From the NCBI RefSeq assembly GCF_009914755.1, contig NC_060925.1: 64,000 nucleotides of DNA, one strand, 5' to 3'. This document shows, one piece after another, positions 14,438 to 27,165 of this stretch. This DNA comes from the human T2T-CHM13v2.0 reference genome, Homo sapiens. How positions within the stretch are numbered: position 1 is the stretch's first letter; each line of letters starts with the position of its first letter. Position numbers and translations under genes: made by a program. The notes below the pieces were generated by a model. The model worked only from the letters and a program-made list of their open reading frames with translations. It had not been told where the DNA came from and ran no database searches.

Positions 14438-15884
14438 ATACTGTAATGTTTTGATAACTGACCACACATTCTGCCCTGGCATTCCTTTTGATTAGAGGCC
14501 CGTGACAGATCCCTCTGCATCCCCAGCTGTCCACATACCTTTTCATTTTCCCCATTTGGTTTTCAAGCTCATGGATTGTGATATTTGCACAATTTGTGTC
14601 AAAGCCACAGCAACTATGGACCCCATCCATAAAGATTCCTTTATCACTTAGACCTTTCCTGGGCTTCCTTTCAGGTAAAGCCTCAGGCCCTTCCTCCACT
14701 GTCATCTGCTCCATGTTGCTGTTGAAAGCTGGGCTTGCCAGAACCCCTTGGTCCCTGTCCTAGCCTTCCTTGAGGGTACAGTTCCCACTGGGCTGGCCTC
14801 TAGCCCCTCCACACCTAAGTCACAACAGTGATGGTCATTTCTGAAATAAATAGAACAGGCATGAAGACAGTGGAGTCTAGCTAACCTGTGGCTGAGAGAC
14901 ATAATGAAGTAATTATGTGTTCACTTTTAAAAGGTTCCCAAGGCTTCTACCAGGGCTGCAGGTTGAATGACCAGTAATCCCTTAGGGTGCAGTTAAGATA
15001 CCTGTGTCTGGGACAAAGACTTCCAAGTAGAACAGGCCAGCCGACTGCTAGGCTGGGTTGGATGGGACCAGTCCTCTCCGGCTGGGATCCTGGGGAGCCT
15101 TTCCCTGCCTTATCTCCTGGTTCACCACTCTGTACCAAGCATTCATATCTCAGTGACCCCACCCAGCTGTGCCAGAGGGAGAGTTCCCTAACTGCTGCTG
15201 TTTGGACAAAAATCAGGCAAAACCAAGCCCAATGCATCAATTTTATGCCCGTCACTGCAACCAAGTCACATTTGAAGGGACCCCAGCTGGCTGGCACCTG
15301 CCCCTCCCTCCCTCTGAGTTTTAGAGTTGAGGAAACTCTCATAAACCTTCTAATGCTGGGACTACACATTTTATTGTAATCATAAATAGAACATAATACC
15401 ACAACAGGTGCACTGGGACGCTTGCTTAAATAATAAATGCAGTCAGCTTTGTTGCCTATTCACCCAGTCCTTCAGGTGCCTGAACAGCTGTGGGCTAGGG
15501 GTGGTGGAAGCTTCTGCCCAGGGTTGTATTGCTCAGGGAGAATCAGAGAGAAAATGTCCTTACCTTGAACTCAGGTTGTACAGTGTGAATGCTGACATAC
15601 ACCGCAGTTCTTCCACACCTATGTGGTGTGGGGCCCAGTTCGAATACCAGCTGTGTGTCGTGGAAAGACCATTTAACCACACTGAGTCTGTTTTCTCACT
15701 TGTGAAACTAAGATGCTAGAATTTAGGGTAATTCTGATGAGTAAATGAGTCAGGGAGTGTGGTTCTGGGGCCTGTGTTCCCTCTGTCAAAATCCACTCAC
15801 TCCCTGGGGCTGTGATCGAGAAATCTGCCCCTGAAGCTTGTCCTTGGTCAGAGAAGCCCCCTAAGGGTTAAAAGACAATTATGG

Positions 15885-16605
15885 ACCACTTCAACCCACT
15901 AGGATAGTGCTTATTAAAAAATAAAAAAGAAAGAAAGAAAAGAAAAACCTAGAAAATAACAAGTGTCAGTGAGGATGTGGAGAAATTGGAAACCTTGTGC
16001 ACTGTTGATGGGAACGTATGATGGTGCAACCTTTGTGGAAGTTCCTCAAAAAATTAAAAATAAAGCTACCATATGATCCAGCAATTCCACTTCTGGGTAT
16101 TTACACAAAAGAAGTAAAAGCAGAAACTCAAGGAGATATTTGTATGTCCATGTTCATAGCAGCGCTATTCACAATAGCTACAACATGGAAGCAACCCAAG
16201 GGCCCGTTAATGGATGAATGGATGAAAACAATGTGGAGTATAGTTCAGCCTTAAAAAGGGAGGAAATTTTGACATATGCTACAACATGGAGGAACTTTGA
16301 GGACATTACACTAAGTGAAATAAAATAGGCATGAAAGAACAAGTACCGTACTCATACAGGACTGTACGCACTCATTCAAAGTAACTACAGTGCTCAAAGT
16401 CACAGAGACAGAAAGTAGAATGGTGGTTGTTGGGGGTTAGGGGGAGGAGGGAGGAGGAGTTGCTGTTTAACGGGTACAGAGTTTTAGTTTTGCAAAATGA
16501 AAAGAGTTGTAGAGATGGTGCGCACCATGATGTCAATGTGCTTAACATAAGTGAACTATGGTTAAAATGGTAAATTTAAGGATATGTGTATTTTACCACA
16601 ATAAG
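15885..16605 (+). mobile_element. L1MB-type 3' end (ORF2 C-terminus and 3' UTR)
   Basis: ORF 16018-16254 reads L1 ORF2 C-terminal '[13 protein letters not shown]...MFIAALFTIA..WKQPK'; L1MB-like 3' UTR. Confidence 0.88.
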
Positions 16606-17294
16606 AGAGAAAGAGAATTGTAGAGCACAATGGAAGTGACAGTTGAAGGGGTCTTCAACCAGTGCAGGCACTTTCATTTGTTTTATTTCCTCTACAGGTG
16701 TAGAAAATAATAATACTATAGTAAATGCTATTGAGCATTAACCTGGCTTTGCCCATATCATCACCTCCAATTTTTATAGCAATCCAGTTAAGTAGGTAGC
16801 ATCATCCCCAGTTAACATTAGGAAACTATGGTTCAGGGGTTGGGTAAGAATGGAATGAGTTATGGCATTAGCCAGCTACTTCCTGGTACAGGGCTTCAGT
16901 GGTCATGACGGTGTGTACTAGGCTCTGGGGGCATACATGTACTTGAAGCTTCTTTGTGGTCTCTGGAAACTCTTGGTCATATTGAGAAGACATACGCAGT
17001 GAGAAAGGCTCAAACTGGAGCCTTGAGGGCACAGGAAGGTGGAATCACCGAGACTTGGGAGTTCATAAAAAGAAGCAAGCACTGAATTGGCTGAAAAGGG
17101 GGAAGTGTTGAAGGGCCTAAATTCTGGGGGACAGAAGGTAAACAGTAGATTTAGACGGAAAATATTATTTATTAGCAGGAAAAAAGTGAAGTGCAATTAC
17201 AAACAAGATTTCCTAATGTGGGTATGTGGGTAAAAGGTCATCAGGCTGGGAAAGCCAATGTAGGGATTGCAATTGGAAGCACATTCAAGTCCAG

Positions 17295-17530
17295 GTAATA
17301 ATAGCTAATACTTATTGAGCCCGGCTTGTGTGGCAGGTACTGTTCCAAACTCTTTACATACATAATGCATTCAATCCTCACAACAACCCAATGAGGTAAA
17401 TCTTATTCATTGCACTCACTGTATAGATGAGGAAACAGACTCAGAGAAGTGAAGCGATTTAGTCCAACATCGCAGAGCCAGAGAGTAGCAGAGCCAGGAT
17501 GCAAATTCAGAATGTGGACTCCAGAGCCCT
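17295..17530 (-). mobile_element. MIR (other MIRs near 10630, 11405, 14000, 15640, 23520, 29010, 30420, 32830, 37650, 45180, 47650, 53520, 60230, 60530, 61160)
   Basis: MIR core 'cctcacaacaaccc...atagatgaggaaacagactcagagaagtgaag'. Confidence 0.8.
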
Positions 17531-17791
17531 AACACCCAACTCTGACTCTGTGGGGTGATCACAAACATGAGTCTTTATTATTTAACCAAAATTTTTTGTG
17601 CTTGGTCATAGACATGATGAGCAACCTTGTTCGGTCAGAAATTAATATTTTGAGAATAGTTGCTGATATTTGTGTTTTGTGCATAACACTTATCACAGAT
17701 GCTTACAAAAAGCTGGTAGACTTTTTGTCTACCAAAAAGTATGAGGAGCTGTAAAGGTGGGAGGGCTTCTCTATGTTCCTGCTCAGAGCCA

Positions 17792-17805
17792 GTAACCATG
17801 GCAAC
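17792..17805. promoter_or_regulatory. Consensus RFX X-box GTAACCATGGCAAC
   Basis: Exact fit to GTNRCC-AT-RGYAAC in apparently non-repeat sequence; motif only, function untested. Confidence 0.5.
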
Positions 17806-18139
17806 AGTAAATTATAACTTCACTGCTGCAGACCCACACAGCTAGCAGAGATTACAATAGATGGTCACTGAGATCATCAAGGACCTAAGTTGGTCAGGAT
17901 GTGGTCGATTTAAGTGACAGAAACCTAACTCAAACTAGCTTAAGCAAGAGGACAAAAATCTGGCTTATCAAACACATTTCAGGAACAGCCTGGAGTGGAA
18001 CCAGCTTAGAAACACACACTGTCAACAGAGACTTCATAGACATCGGTCCTCAAGACCCCACCCTAACTTTAGGTCACATTTTCTTTAAATTTCCCCAAAG
18101 ACCATTTATGTGAGAATTATTTAGAGAAGTGGGGCAGAG

Positions 18140-18278
18140 GAGTGCATTAAGAATGTAAATTTCTGGAGGGGATTCTTGATCTACTAAATCAGATTCCCTG
18201 AGCTTGTGGCCCAGGAATCTGAATGTTAAACATTCTTCCCAGGTAACTTTTGCAAGTCTTAATGTGAGAACCACTGCC
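18140..18278 (+). mobile_element. MER5-type hAT-Charlie fragment
   Basis: 'ctactaaatcagattccctg...ggcccaggaatctg...tgagaaccactg'. Confidence 0.7.
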
Positions 18279-18399
18279 TAGGTTATAACAGCAACAAGGC
18301 ATATCATGTGACCTGTTCCTTTGTCACACTGTTGCAAGGAACCATGTCCCTTTCCTAATATCTCAAGTATTTACCCAGTAGTGTGATTATCTGATTAAA

Positions 18400-18546
18400 G
18401 CCATTTTTCCCCACCCGACTGTAGGGTTCATGAGAGCAGAAACTACATTTGTTGGTAAAATGCCCTCCATTGCATCCCCATTGCCTAACTCAGTGTCTGG
18501 CATATAGTGAGTGCTCAATAAATATTTATTAAATGAATGAATGAAT
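18400..18546 (+). mobile_element. L2 3' end
   Basis: 'gtgtctggcatatagtgagtgctcaataaatattt...(tgaa)n'. Confidence 0.8.
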
Positions 18547-21500
18547 GGATGTACTTTAGTCCACAGAGTTGCTCTCACATTCTTTTCTCACTTAACCCAC
18601 ACAACAAGCTACAATGAGGTAAGTAGGCTAGACATTATTATTACCATTTTTCAAGCAAAAAACCTGAAACCCAGAGAGAGACTCCCCAAGTCAGGTACTA
18701 AGTGGTCTTTCAATTCTCTTTTTATGTCTTCCAATATGATCCTTCAAACAGGGTGGCAAAATAGCCGGCCATTAAGGGTGTCCCCAGAAAAGGAGATAGG
18801 GCACATGAGATCTGATGCCTGTCCCCAGCTGAGCTATAGGCCTCCTTCCTGGACACACCTTTCTGTTTTATTTCTTATCTCTTCCTAGTTCAGCTCCACA
18901 GCTGTTCTGTATGAACCTCCTTCCTTCTCTCTAGGGGTCAAGTGAGGAAATCGAAGGGAGAGTGGGACAAAGAAGAATCGAGTTACTCAGAGATTTGCAA
19001 ATAAAGTTCTGATCTGCAGAGAACAGGACAAAGAATCGTACATTACATAAAATCTCCCAAATCCAGTCTGCTGTCTATGTACCCTGAGATCAGAACACCG
19101 ACAAACACACATCCAAAAGTGGAGGGGAAGCCAATGTTTCAACATGATGACGGCTATCAAATAGCCATAATCATCTGCAAAGATGCAATGCAACTTTGAG
19201 GTGTTTTGTCAAATATTGATAAGCATTTCCTGAGCACTATCATGCTCCTGACAGTCCACTGGGCACAAGGGAGGGAAGACACAAAAGACATGAGACACAG
19301 ACCCTTGCCTGAAGGAGCACATAGCAGCCTTTGTGTTGGAAAGAATGCGATGTTACAACACAATTAAGGGAGGAATCAAAGTACGTAGTTAACTACATGT
19401 TGATTTTAATGCTGTGGGAGGTCAAGATTGAGCTGTTTGGGCTGGAGGGCAAAGAAAGTGGTCATGGAAAATGTGACTAGGTCTAGAGAGACCGTTATAA
19501 TTTTAAAAGGCAGTGGAGAGGGGGAGGATTCCTGAGAAGGCGGGACCGAGCATGGCTGAGAGCATGACTGACAATGGACCAGAGAAGAGGCTCCGGCAGG
19601 AGGAGATGGTGAGGTGCTAGCGTCCCTGTGCCCTCAGGCCAGACTGCCTCATTCTGCTCCTGGCCCCACTGCCTGCTGCTTGTGCTTCCCTTCCCTCTCC
19701 ACAAGAATGGGGTGGTCATGATGATTATAATAATACATACTCTAAAAAATATAGGTTAATATAGGGAAAGACCTTTTAACAAGTACCTGGTTTGATTAAA
19801 TTGTGACTGTTATCATTCAACAACATTCCTTGAGCTTCTATTGTGTGGCAGGCAGCCACTGTGTTAGGGGGTGAAAGAGAAGAGCCTTCCTCTCAAAGAT
19901 CTGCAGGAAGATGAGGGAGGAAGCCAAGCAATACAATTACATCGCAATTGCATGTGATAAGTATACCACAGAAGAGGATACAGGGTACTCTGAGACTCAA
20001 GGCTGGGTCTCCTCTGAGCCCACCTGGAAGCATCCCAGGAAGACATCTTAGAGGAGGTGATGGCTATGGAACCCAAAGTGCAAAGAAGTTTCTCAAATGA
20101 AGAGGAGAAAGAAAGGGCAATGGAGATCGCGGAACTACCTAGTGCTTGAAGTACCAAATGTCATGGACAGTTGAGAGAAGGGGTTTTTATGTGGGGAGAA
20201 TTGAGACTAGAGAATGAAGTTGGTGTTTGGTGGGGGCCTTGGGTGTCAGGCTAAGGAGGTAGGACTTGGTAGGCCATGGAGAGTAATTACAGGCTCATGA
20301 AGGGGAGTGAAGAGGCATGTGGAGATTGCATCTGAGGTGAGGTTCCCTCCCTCCCTGGGCCTGGCTCCTCATCTGTAAGGTGAAGGAGGCTGGAAGAGCC
20401 AGCGCATACTCCACACTCTGAGAACTGATGAGCACTCAGACCTGTGTAGCAGATTCACAGTTCCCCCCACTTCCCCAGTCCCCCACGCTGCCTGCATATT
20501 TGCATAATCACTGGACCACAGCACTGCAGAGAGGGCCAGGTTAATAGATATACCTGAAACACTGTCAAATCATTTATTCAACTAAATTCATACGCCAGCA
20601 TTGGTGAATAAGGCAGTCATGCTATCTGCCCTCCTAGAGTTTATAATCTACCTCACTGTGCACAGGCAGCGGGGAGATGAGGTCCCAATTGAGAAGCCTA
20701 GACTCCTGAAAAGAGGACAGGAAGGAACCTGTGTAGGCCAGTCTGGCTGCCTCTGTCTTGCAGCCCAGGGAAAGACAGCACCCATCTCTTCTGGCAGAAT
20801 GGAAGCTGTGTGTGTCCACGTGCATGCTAGGGCTGGTTGGGGTGGGGCTTGGGGAACCACACTGTCTTTCATCCTCCCTCACACCCACATGCTGTGGAAG
20901 TCTGTCTCCCCTAACAGCCTTCCCGTAAAGAGAAATTTTCAAACTTGAAATGGGAGCAGGCAGGGACTGGAAGCTGTGAGGAAAGCATGGGTGGGATGGA
21001 CCAGGAACCCTAGAACAGTCCCAGTCTCCCAAAAGACAAGCAGACTAGCAGTGGAGGCTTAGGTAAATATAAACCCTCTTGTTCCTGGGCTAAACAAATC
21101 CCACTCCACAAAAGCTTCAAAACCAGCTCTCTGGGCATTGTCCCATGGAAAGCAATGCTTTCTTTGTTAAATCTTTTAATCCGGCTGTCTCTTATCTTGC
21201 CATTCCCCCAAGTTCCCACAGACTCCCAGGGATCCCTCTCTGTTCTGATGCAGATTTATCCAACTGGAACCAGCTTAGGTCCAGGAACAATTGGAAAGTC
21301 ATAGGCTGGAGTGGTTGCTGTCATTTGCCCAAAGAGCAAGTCTTAATATGGGTAGAGCCTGGTGGCAGAACTAGGTCCAGGGTCTAGGTCAACAGAAACT
21401 CCCCACAGGCTGTTCCTGGGGGCTGCTGTTGGAGGCACCGAGGCCTACCTCTCAGTTGCCCCTAGGTCCTGGCCTGTCAGATCCTAGATCCTTGCTTTCC

Positions 21501-21651
21501 TAACCTTATGACCAACCCAGGATGTCTCCAGGGGCAATCCTTGCTGGTCCCAGGCTGACATCCTAGTTGGCGCCCTTGTCCTCCTCCCCCTGCTGCCAAG
21601 AGCCCTGCATGTGAATCCTAGCTTCAGTATCACCAGGGGAGGATGTGGGGC

Positions 21652-22396
21652 TGTATAGACCTAAAGGTAGAACCTGAGGCAAAATTAATGGAGAGTTTAT
21701 TTGGGGCGAGGCATAGTGTCTCACGCCTGTAATCCCAGGCTTTGGGAGGTCGAGTGTGGGCGGATCACTTGAGGTCAGGAGTTTGAGACCAGCCTGGCCA
21801 ACATGGTGAAACCCTGTCTTTACTAAAAATACAAAAATCAACTGGGTGTGGTGGCACGCATCTGTAGTCCAGCTACTCAGGAGGCTGAGGTTAGTGGATT
21901 GTTTGAGCCCAGGAGTTTGAGGCTGTAGTGAGCTATGATTGTGCCACTGCACTTCAGCCTGGGCGACAGAGCGAGACTCCGTCTCAAAAAAAAAAGGTTT
22001 ATTTGGGCCAAGGTTGAGGCCTCCAGCCCGGGACACACTTTCGTGTTGCCTTGGGGAGTGCTCTGGAGAACAAAAGAGAGGCTCCAGTGTTTAAAGAGAA
22101 AAAGGACAAATCAGGAGGGGGAGATTACAAATGTTGTTGTTCATCAGGAATTCTCATTGGTTTGCAGAAATAACATTGGTTCGTGATTATCTATACCTTG
22201 TGAACTACAGTATGTATGGCATGTTATGGCCACTTGCCTTCAGTTAGTCTAGCACTTGCATAGCAAGTGGCTTCACGACAATTATTTCACTCAAGGGGGA
22301 GTGACCTGACAGCCCTTTCATTCCAGTGCCTCTCTGGACCTGATAAAGGGGTTCATATTCCTCAGATAAAAATGTCCTTTTCTTTTTTCTCCCACA
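21652..22396 (-). mobile_element. ERV1 MER4-group solo LTR (LTR51/LTR54-like) interrupted by an Alu (21703-21995, +)
   Basis: TG...CA ends; Alu flanked by TSD GTTTATTTGGG; LTR family assignment uncertain. Confidence 0.6.
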
Positions 22397-22984
22397 GCTA
22401 TATGAAAAGTAGAAATAATATCTACCTCATTTTTTCTTGGAGAAATAAACAATAAGAAAAGAAAGAAAACACTTACCACACAGAATTATCATGAGATTTA
22501 AAGTAGATAATATATATAAAGTGCATATACCTGCTGGTAACTGTTGGACTCATTCCTCTTCCAGGTAGTCAGATACTCAAATACTTAACAAACATTTTCT
22601 GAGTATCTGCTATATACGCCCAGTGCTGTGTTAAGCAACACGGCAAGCTCAACAGAGGTATGTTCTACGTGGTTTTTATTCCCAATTAACCAAGTAATCA
22701 GAAAATGGGTATTATAGACTTCCTGTATACCTGGCATCAAGCTAGAAACAGTGACAAATTAAAACATGCATGACGCATGACAAGGTTCCCTCCCATGGAT
22801 TCACTCTGGGGAGATTAAACAAACACACAGAAAAAGTGAAATAACAATATAAGAACAACTAACAATGCTGAAAGCACAAATACAAGAAGCGTGCGATGCA
22901 CACAGTCCTCTGCTAAATGGAATGGCTTGTCTAGCAGAATACAGGAGACCTCAGGCTAGAAATGTGGAAATCAAGAGGCCATAT

Positions 22985-23275
22985 GGGAGCCTGGAGGCTG
23001 AGGGTGGGAGTGGGGATTGCTTGAGCCCAGGAGTTCCAGCCCAGCCTGGCAACATAGCAAGACCGTGTCTCTACAAAAAAAATTTTTTTTAATTAGCTGG
23101 GTGTGGTGGTATGTGCCTATCATCCCAGCTACACAGGAGGCTGAGGTGGGAGGACATTCAGCCCAGTGGTTTGAGGCTGCAGCAAGCTATGATGGTGCCA
23201 CTGCACTCCAACCCAGGCAACAGCAAGACTCTGTCTCTAAATAACTAAAATTAATTAATTAAATAAAAATAAATG
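22985..23275 (+). mobile_element. 5'-truncated AluJ
   Basis: 'gattgcttgagcccaggagtt...gccactgcactccaacccaggcaacag' plus A-rich tail. Confidence 0.85.
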
Positions 23276-23949
23276 AGAATGGTGAGTATTTAAAAAAAAA
23301 ACATGAAAGAGGCCATATGGAGGGAACAGAAAGTGGGGGGAGTGGGAATTCACAACTATGCTACTGGGGTTTTTGTGGTGATGATGGTAGTAATCGTGCT
23401 TATTCTAGTTTTGGTCAAGAGAAGAGGCTAAAACATGTAGCTTGGATCACACTGTAGAAAAGGTGGAACAATGTGGTAGATCAAAGGGCCGTGGGGTCGA
23501 CCAACTGGATGGGACAACCTACTCCAACCTGCTACCTGGAGCAAGTCACTGAATTTCTCTAAGTCTCATTTGCTGTTTCTACCTCCCAAGGTTGTTGTAA
23601 AGATTAAATAAGACAGTTCATATATCTCAGTAAGCCTAGCATCTGGCGCTTAGGTATCAATATATGAGCTTTTATTATTATTAATAAAATAAAGGAAAGT
23701 CATAGTCTCCTTTTTTGCTCTTTATGTTGGGCGTGCAACCCATCCTAAACCTTGCAAGTCTTTTTTGCTGAGAAAGACGGGCCTACTGCTACAGTTGTGA
23801 ATTATGCTTTTAGAATTAGTTTTCATGTTTTATTTCTTAATTTATTTGGTCTGGAAACACACAGTTTCAACCATTCAAGGGAGAAAAGCCCTGAGTGTTT
23901 TATTTATCGCAAACCCAATGTCTGCTGTCCACCGTAAGAGACAACTTTG

Positions 23950-24148
23950 TCCAACTGGCCTTATTTTGTTGTTTTTGTTGTTCTGTTTTGTTTTGTTTTG
24001 TTTTAGGCTTTTAGCAGCCTGAAGCCATGGTTTTTAGTTTCTGTCTCTAGTAATAAGCAGAAAAGAAGGATGAGGAAGGAGCTTTACTGGTCCAACCAGA
24101 AACAGAAACTAAGAACCCATGACTGTATTCTCGCCCTTGGACACCCTA
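23950..24148 (-). mobile_element. MER107 hAT-Charlie element
   Basis: 'ggcttttagcagcctgaagccatggtttttagtttctg...cccttggacaccc' matches recalled MER107. Confidence 0.75.
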
Positions 24149-27029
24149 AAGCTTCCGGGTAGATAGGCACTGCACCCTGGGCCTGCAGGATGGTCTGGTG
24201 CCAGGTGTGGCTGCCTTCTCAGCCCAGTTAGTCTCAGCCTGGGACCCCCTGGCTCTGGGCATGTAGATTTTGGTCTTTCTATTGTTTTCTCCTGGCAAGA
24301 CAGCAAATCAGAGGGGCTCAAAGAACTCAAGGCAGTTTTCTATTGTCCATAATAGGTGGGAATGGGATTAGCAAGAATACGTAAAATCCACACTCCACCT
24401 GCTTCTTAAACAAATCCTTTACTGTAATCACCCACAGGCTCTAACATTGATTGATCTTATGTCCTCTGCCTAATCCTCCTCTGGTGGGTGTATTAATGAT
24501 GAGAGCCTAAAGGCAGCTGGCAAAGAGAAGGCTAGAGACAGAGTGAAGAAGGGGAAGAACATCTACAAACTGAACCATTAGTCTGAATAATTGAGAGCTG
24601 ACTCTGTTTGAAATTTGACTTTTATAATGGTTTGGCCAGAGCTGGGGCCCAAGAGGCTCCCTTCTAGCCTCATGATAACAACCATGGGGCCAAAAGCCAG
24701 GCCTGCACAGTGCTTTTCTAAATGGAACAGCTGCTGCTATCGTCACCCAAAGGAAGGTGTCTCCCGGGGCCAGCAGTCCCTAAGCAGTCTTTCAGCCATA
24801 TTATTATGAGTAGGGAAAGGCTCTGAGGCCAGGCCTACGTAGCCTGGAAGGACAATGGCTTATATCAATTGGGGTTGCCATCACAAGAAGGAACATGTTA
24901 ACTGGGCCACTGGCTTAAAGGCCCTGAATTTTGGAGCTTGGGAGGATTTCGCAGCTTCCTTTGTTTTTCCTTCAATCTCACATGAGAGAGTTTCATGGAA
25001 TTAAGATTAAGGCAGGGACGGTATTTGCCACAGGTAGCGACTTGCCATCTCTTGGCCAGGTTGGCACCAAGCCCCATTGTGAGTGAACCATAGGCTGGGT
25101 CACATTCACTTTGCATTTGTGCGGGTAGCAAGTTGGGTCTATCTGAACACACAATCTGCAAGTTCACTAGCAAAAGAGTTGTTTACTGTACTTCTTTAGC
25201 ATGTGGGGTCAACTCATTGACCCAGAAGGAGGCCATCAGAGATTTGCAGGAGACAGACTGGGACTCTATCTAAGCTGATTTCCCCTGGCAAATGACTGAA
25301 TCCCTCCACACTTCAGTTTCCCCTTCTATAAAAAAAGAGGCAAAAATGTTTGCCACTCAGAATTGTTAGGAGGAATATAGGTGATCAAAATTCTTACAAT
25401 GTCAAGCATGACAGTCAGTAAACTTGTCTTCCCCTTATATACCCAGTGGTAGCTGCATTTGCAGTCTCCTGACAGGGGAGACTGTTCTCTTCCAAAGCAG
25501 AGTCCCCAGGCAGGAGCTACTGTTGGCATAAAACCATCTGTTGAATTGTACTGTTGTTGCATGGAAGGCAAGAGGACTCCTAATGTTTGATGTCTTTGGG
25601 GCTTTTGCCTTGAAGGACAATGGGGATAGACCTTTGCCTCGGAAAAGGAGCGACTCAAGTACAAGGCAGGTAAAACCATGGAAAGCAACAAAAGATCAGG
25701 GGACCCTTAGGCTGCTGTGAAGACCGTACCATGAAAATCGAGATAAGGTGGTGCTTTCCTCAGTCAGCAGGAGCACCCAGTCAAACAGAGCACCTGGCCC
25801 CCGCCCAGCGAATGAAGAGTGGTTGATTCATGAAGAGCCTGGAATGGAGACAGCACCTGTCAGAAGAGGTGATGGGGCATGAGTATGTGTACCAGGTTCA
25901 GAGTTCGGGCTCCTTCAGTCCAACTGACCAATAGGAGAAAACGCTGAAAAGAGACGGTGATTCAGGGCTGGCAGTGAGGAAGTCCCCAACTTTATCAATG
26001 TACCTGAATTATTGTTTGGTTCTTCCTGTCTTTGGCTTTTGATAGTTGTGGTCCTCAGCCAAGAAGAGACAGAGGAAATGGAACAGAGGGTGTTCCTGAG
26101 AAATATGGGGGAGGAAGAAGTTATTGTCAACCGGCGCTCCCGCCTGCAATTATTGTGGTGTTGGCGTTCCTCATACTTCCCAGTGCCGTCCCCACCACTC
26201 ATTGTGCTGGCTTGGAGGCACTCGGTTCAGAGTCTTCAAACCCTCCTCCTCAGCCTTGGCCAGGCTGTCTGTCTCCTCAGGGCAGCCAAAGAAGATGAGC
26301 TCATTTCCAGAACCCAAGAGGTGGCTCTGACCCTCTCTTCCCAGTTATTGCTGAAGTTGGGTGGCTGAAACCAGTCAGGGCATCATGCTGGCACCAGGCC
26401 AGTCTTGCATCAGGCAAATCTGCTGACTCATCTCTCTCTTCTAAACAAGCTCTGAGAGTTGGCATGCAGGAAGCAGCACCAAGGAGTCTGATGGCGTGGG
26501 CCACCTGGCAGGGACTGACCAAGGGGAGGCGAGGAGCAGCAGCCACCTGCCACCCCAATCCCACATTCTTCTAACAGCACCAGGGACAGAAAATATGTGC
26601 CTACCCAAGAATTTCAGGGCCACAAGTAGAAACAAGTATATCATAACAGGGAAGGTTGCAACATGAGAAATATGCTTTCCCTGAGAAAAGTGGATAACTT
26701 GACTTGAATGATCTTCAAAAATTATGTTTGGTGTTTGGAAAAGCTTAGTGGATTCTTTAAAAAGAGCTACACATTAATATTTGCAAATAAAAGATATACA
26801 AAGAATAAAACAAAAAAAATGGCCCATAATCTCCTCTCCCCCAACCTCAGATAATTGTAGAAGTACTTGATTAGATAATATATATGTACAAAATAAAAAG
26901 TGAAAGCTCCCATCCCCTGACTTATCCCTCTCTTAAACGCACATTTTTACGTGCTTTTTCTTTCTTTCCCATGGGAAAACAATGTATGTATACCTCTACA
27001 TTTCCATTTGTCCTTAAACATCTTTAGTG

Positions 27030-27165
27030 TACCAAAACCGCCTCAGGTTTGCACAACTTCATGGAACACCAACCACATTGTACTTTAGGGTGTCTTGAAC
27101 AGGGGCAATATTCCCATAGCACACAGTGTGAATGGTGCCCACCAGAGCCGCACAGTGTGGTAGGA
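27030..27165 (+). mobile_element. MER91-like hAT-Tip100 element, followed by L1ME fragment (27170-27460, -)
   Basis: 'tgcacaacttc...gtgtgaatggtgccc...' quasi-palindrome typical of MER91. Confidence 0.55.

Noticed and set aside
14244-15402. 150-aa ORFs at 14244-14714 and 14947-15402
   Set aside because: No recognisable homology; the first runs into Alu sequence; no supporting exon structure
26150-26560. Faint resemblance of the minus-strand translation to MBD3-like proteins
   Set aside because: Only scattered residues match, with no colinear blocks
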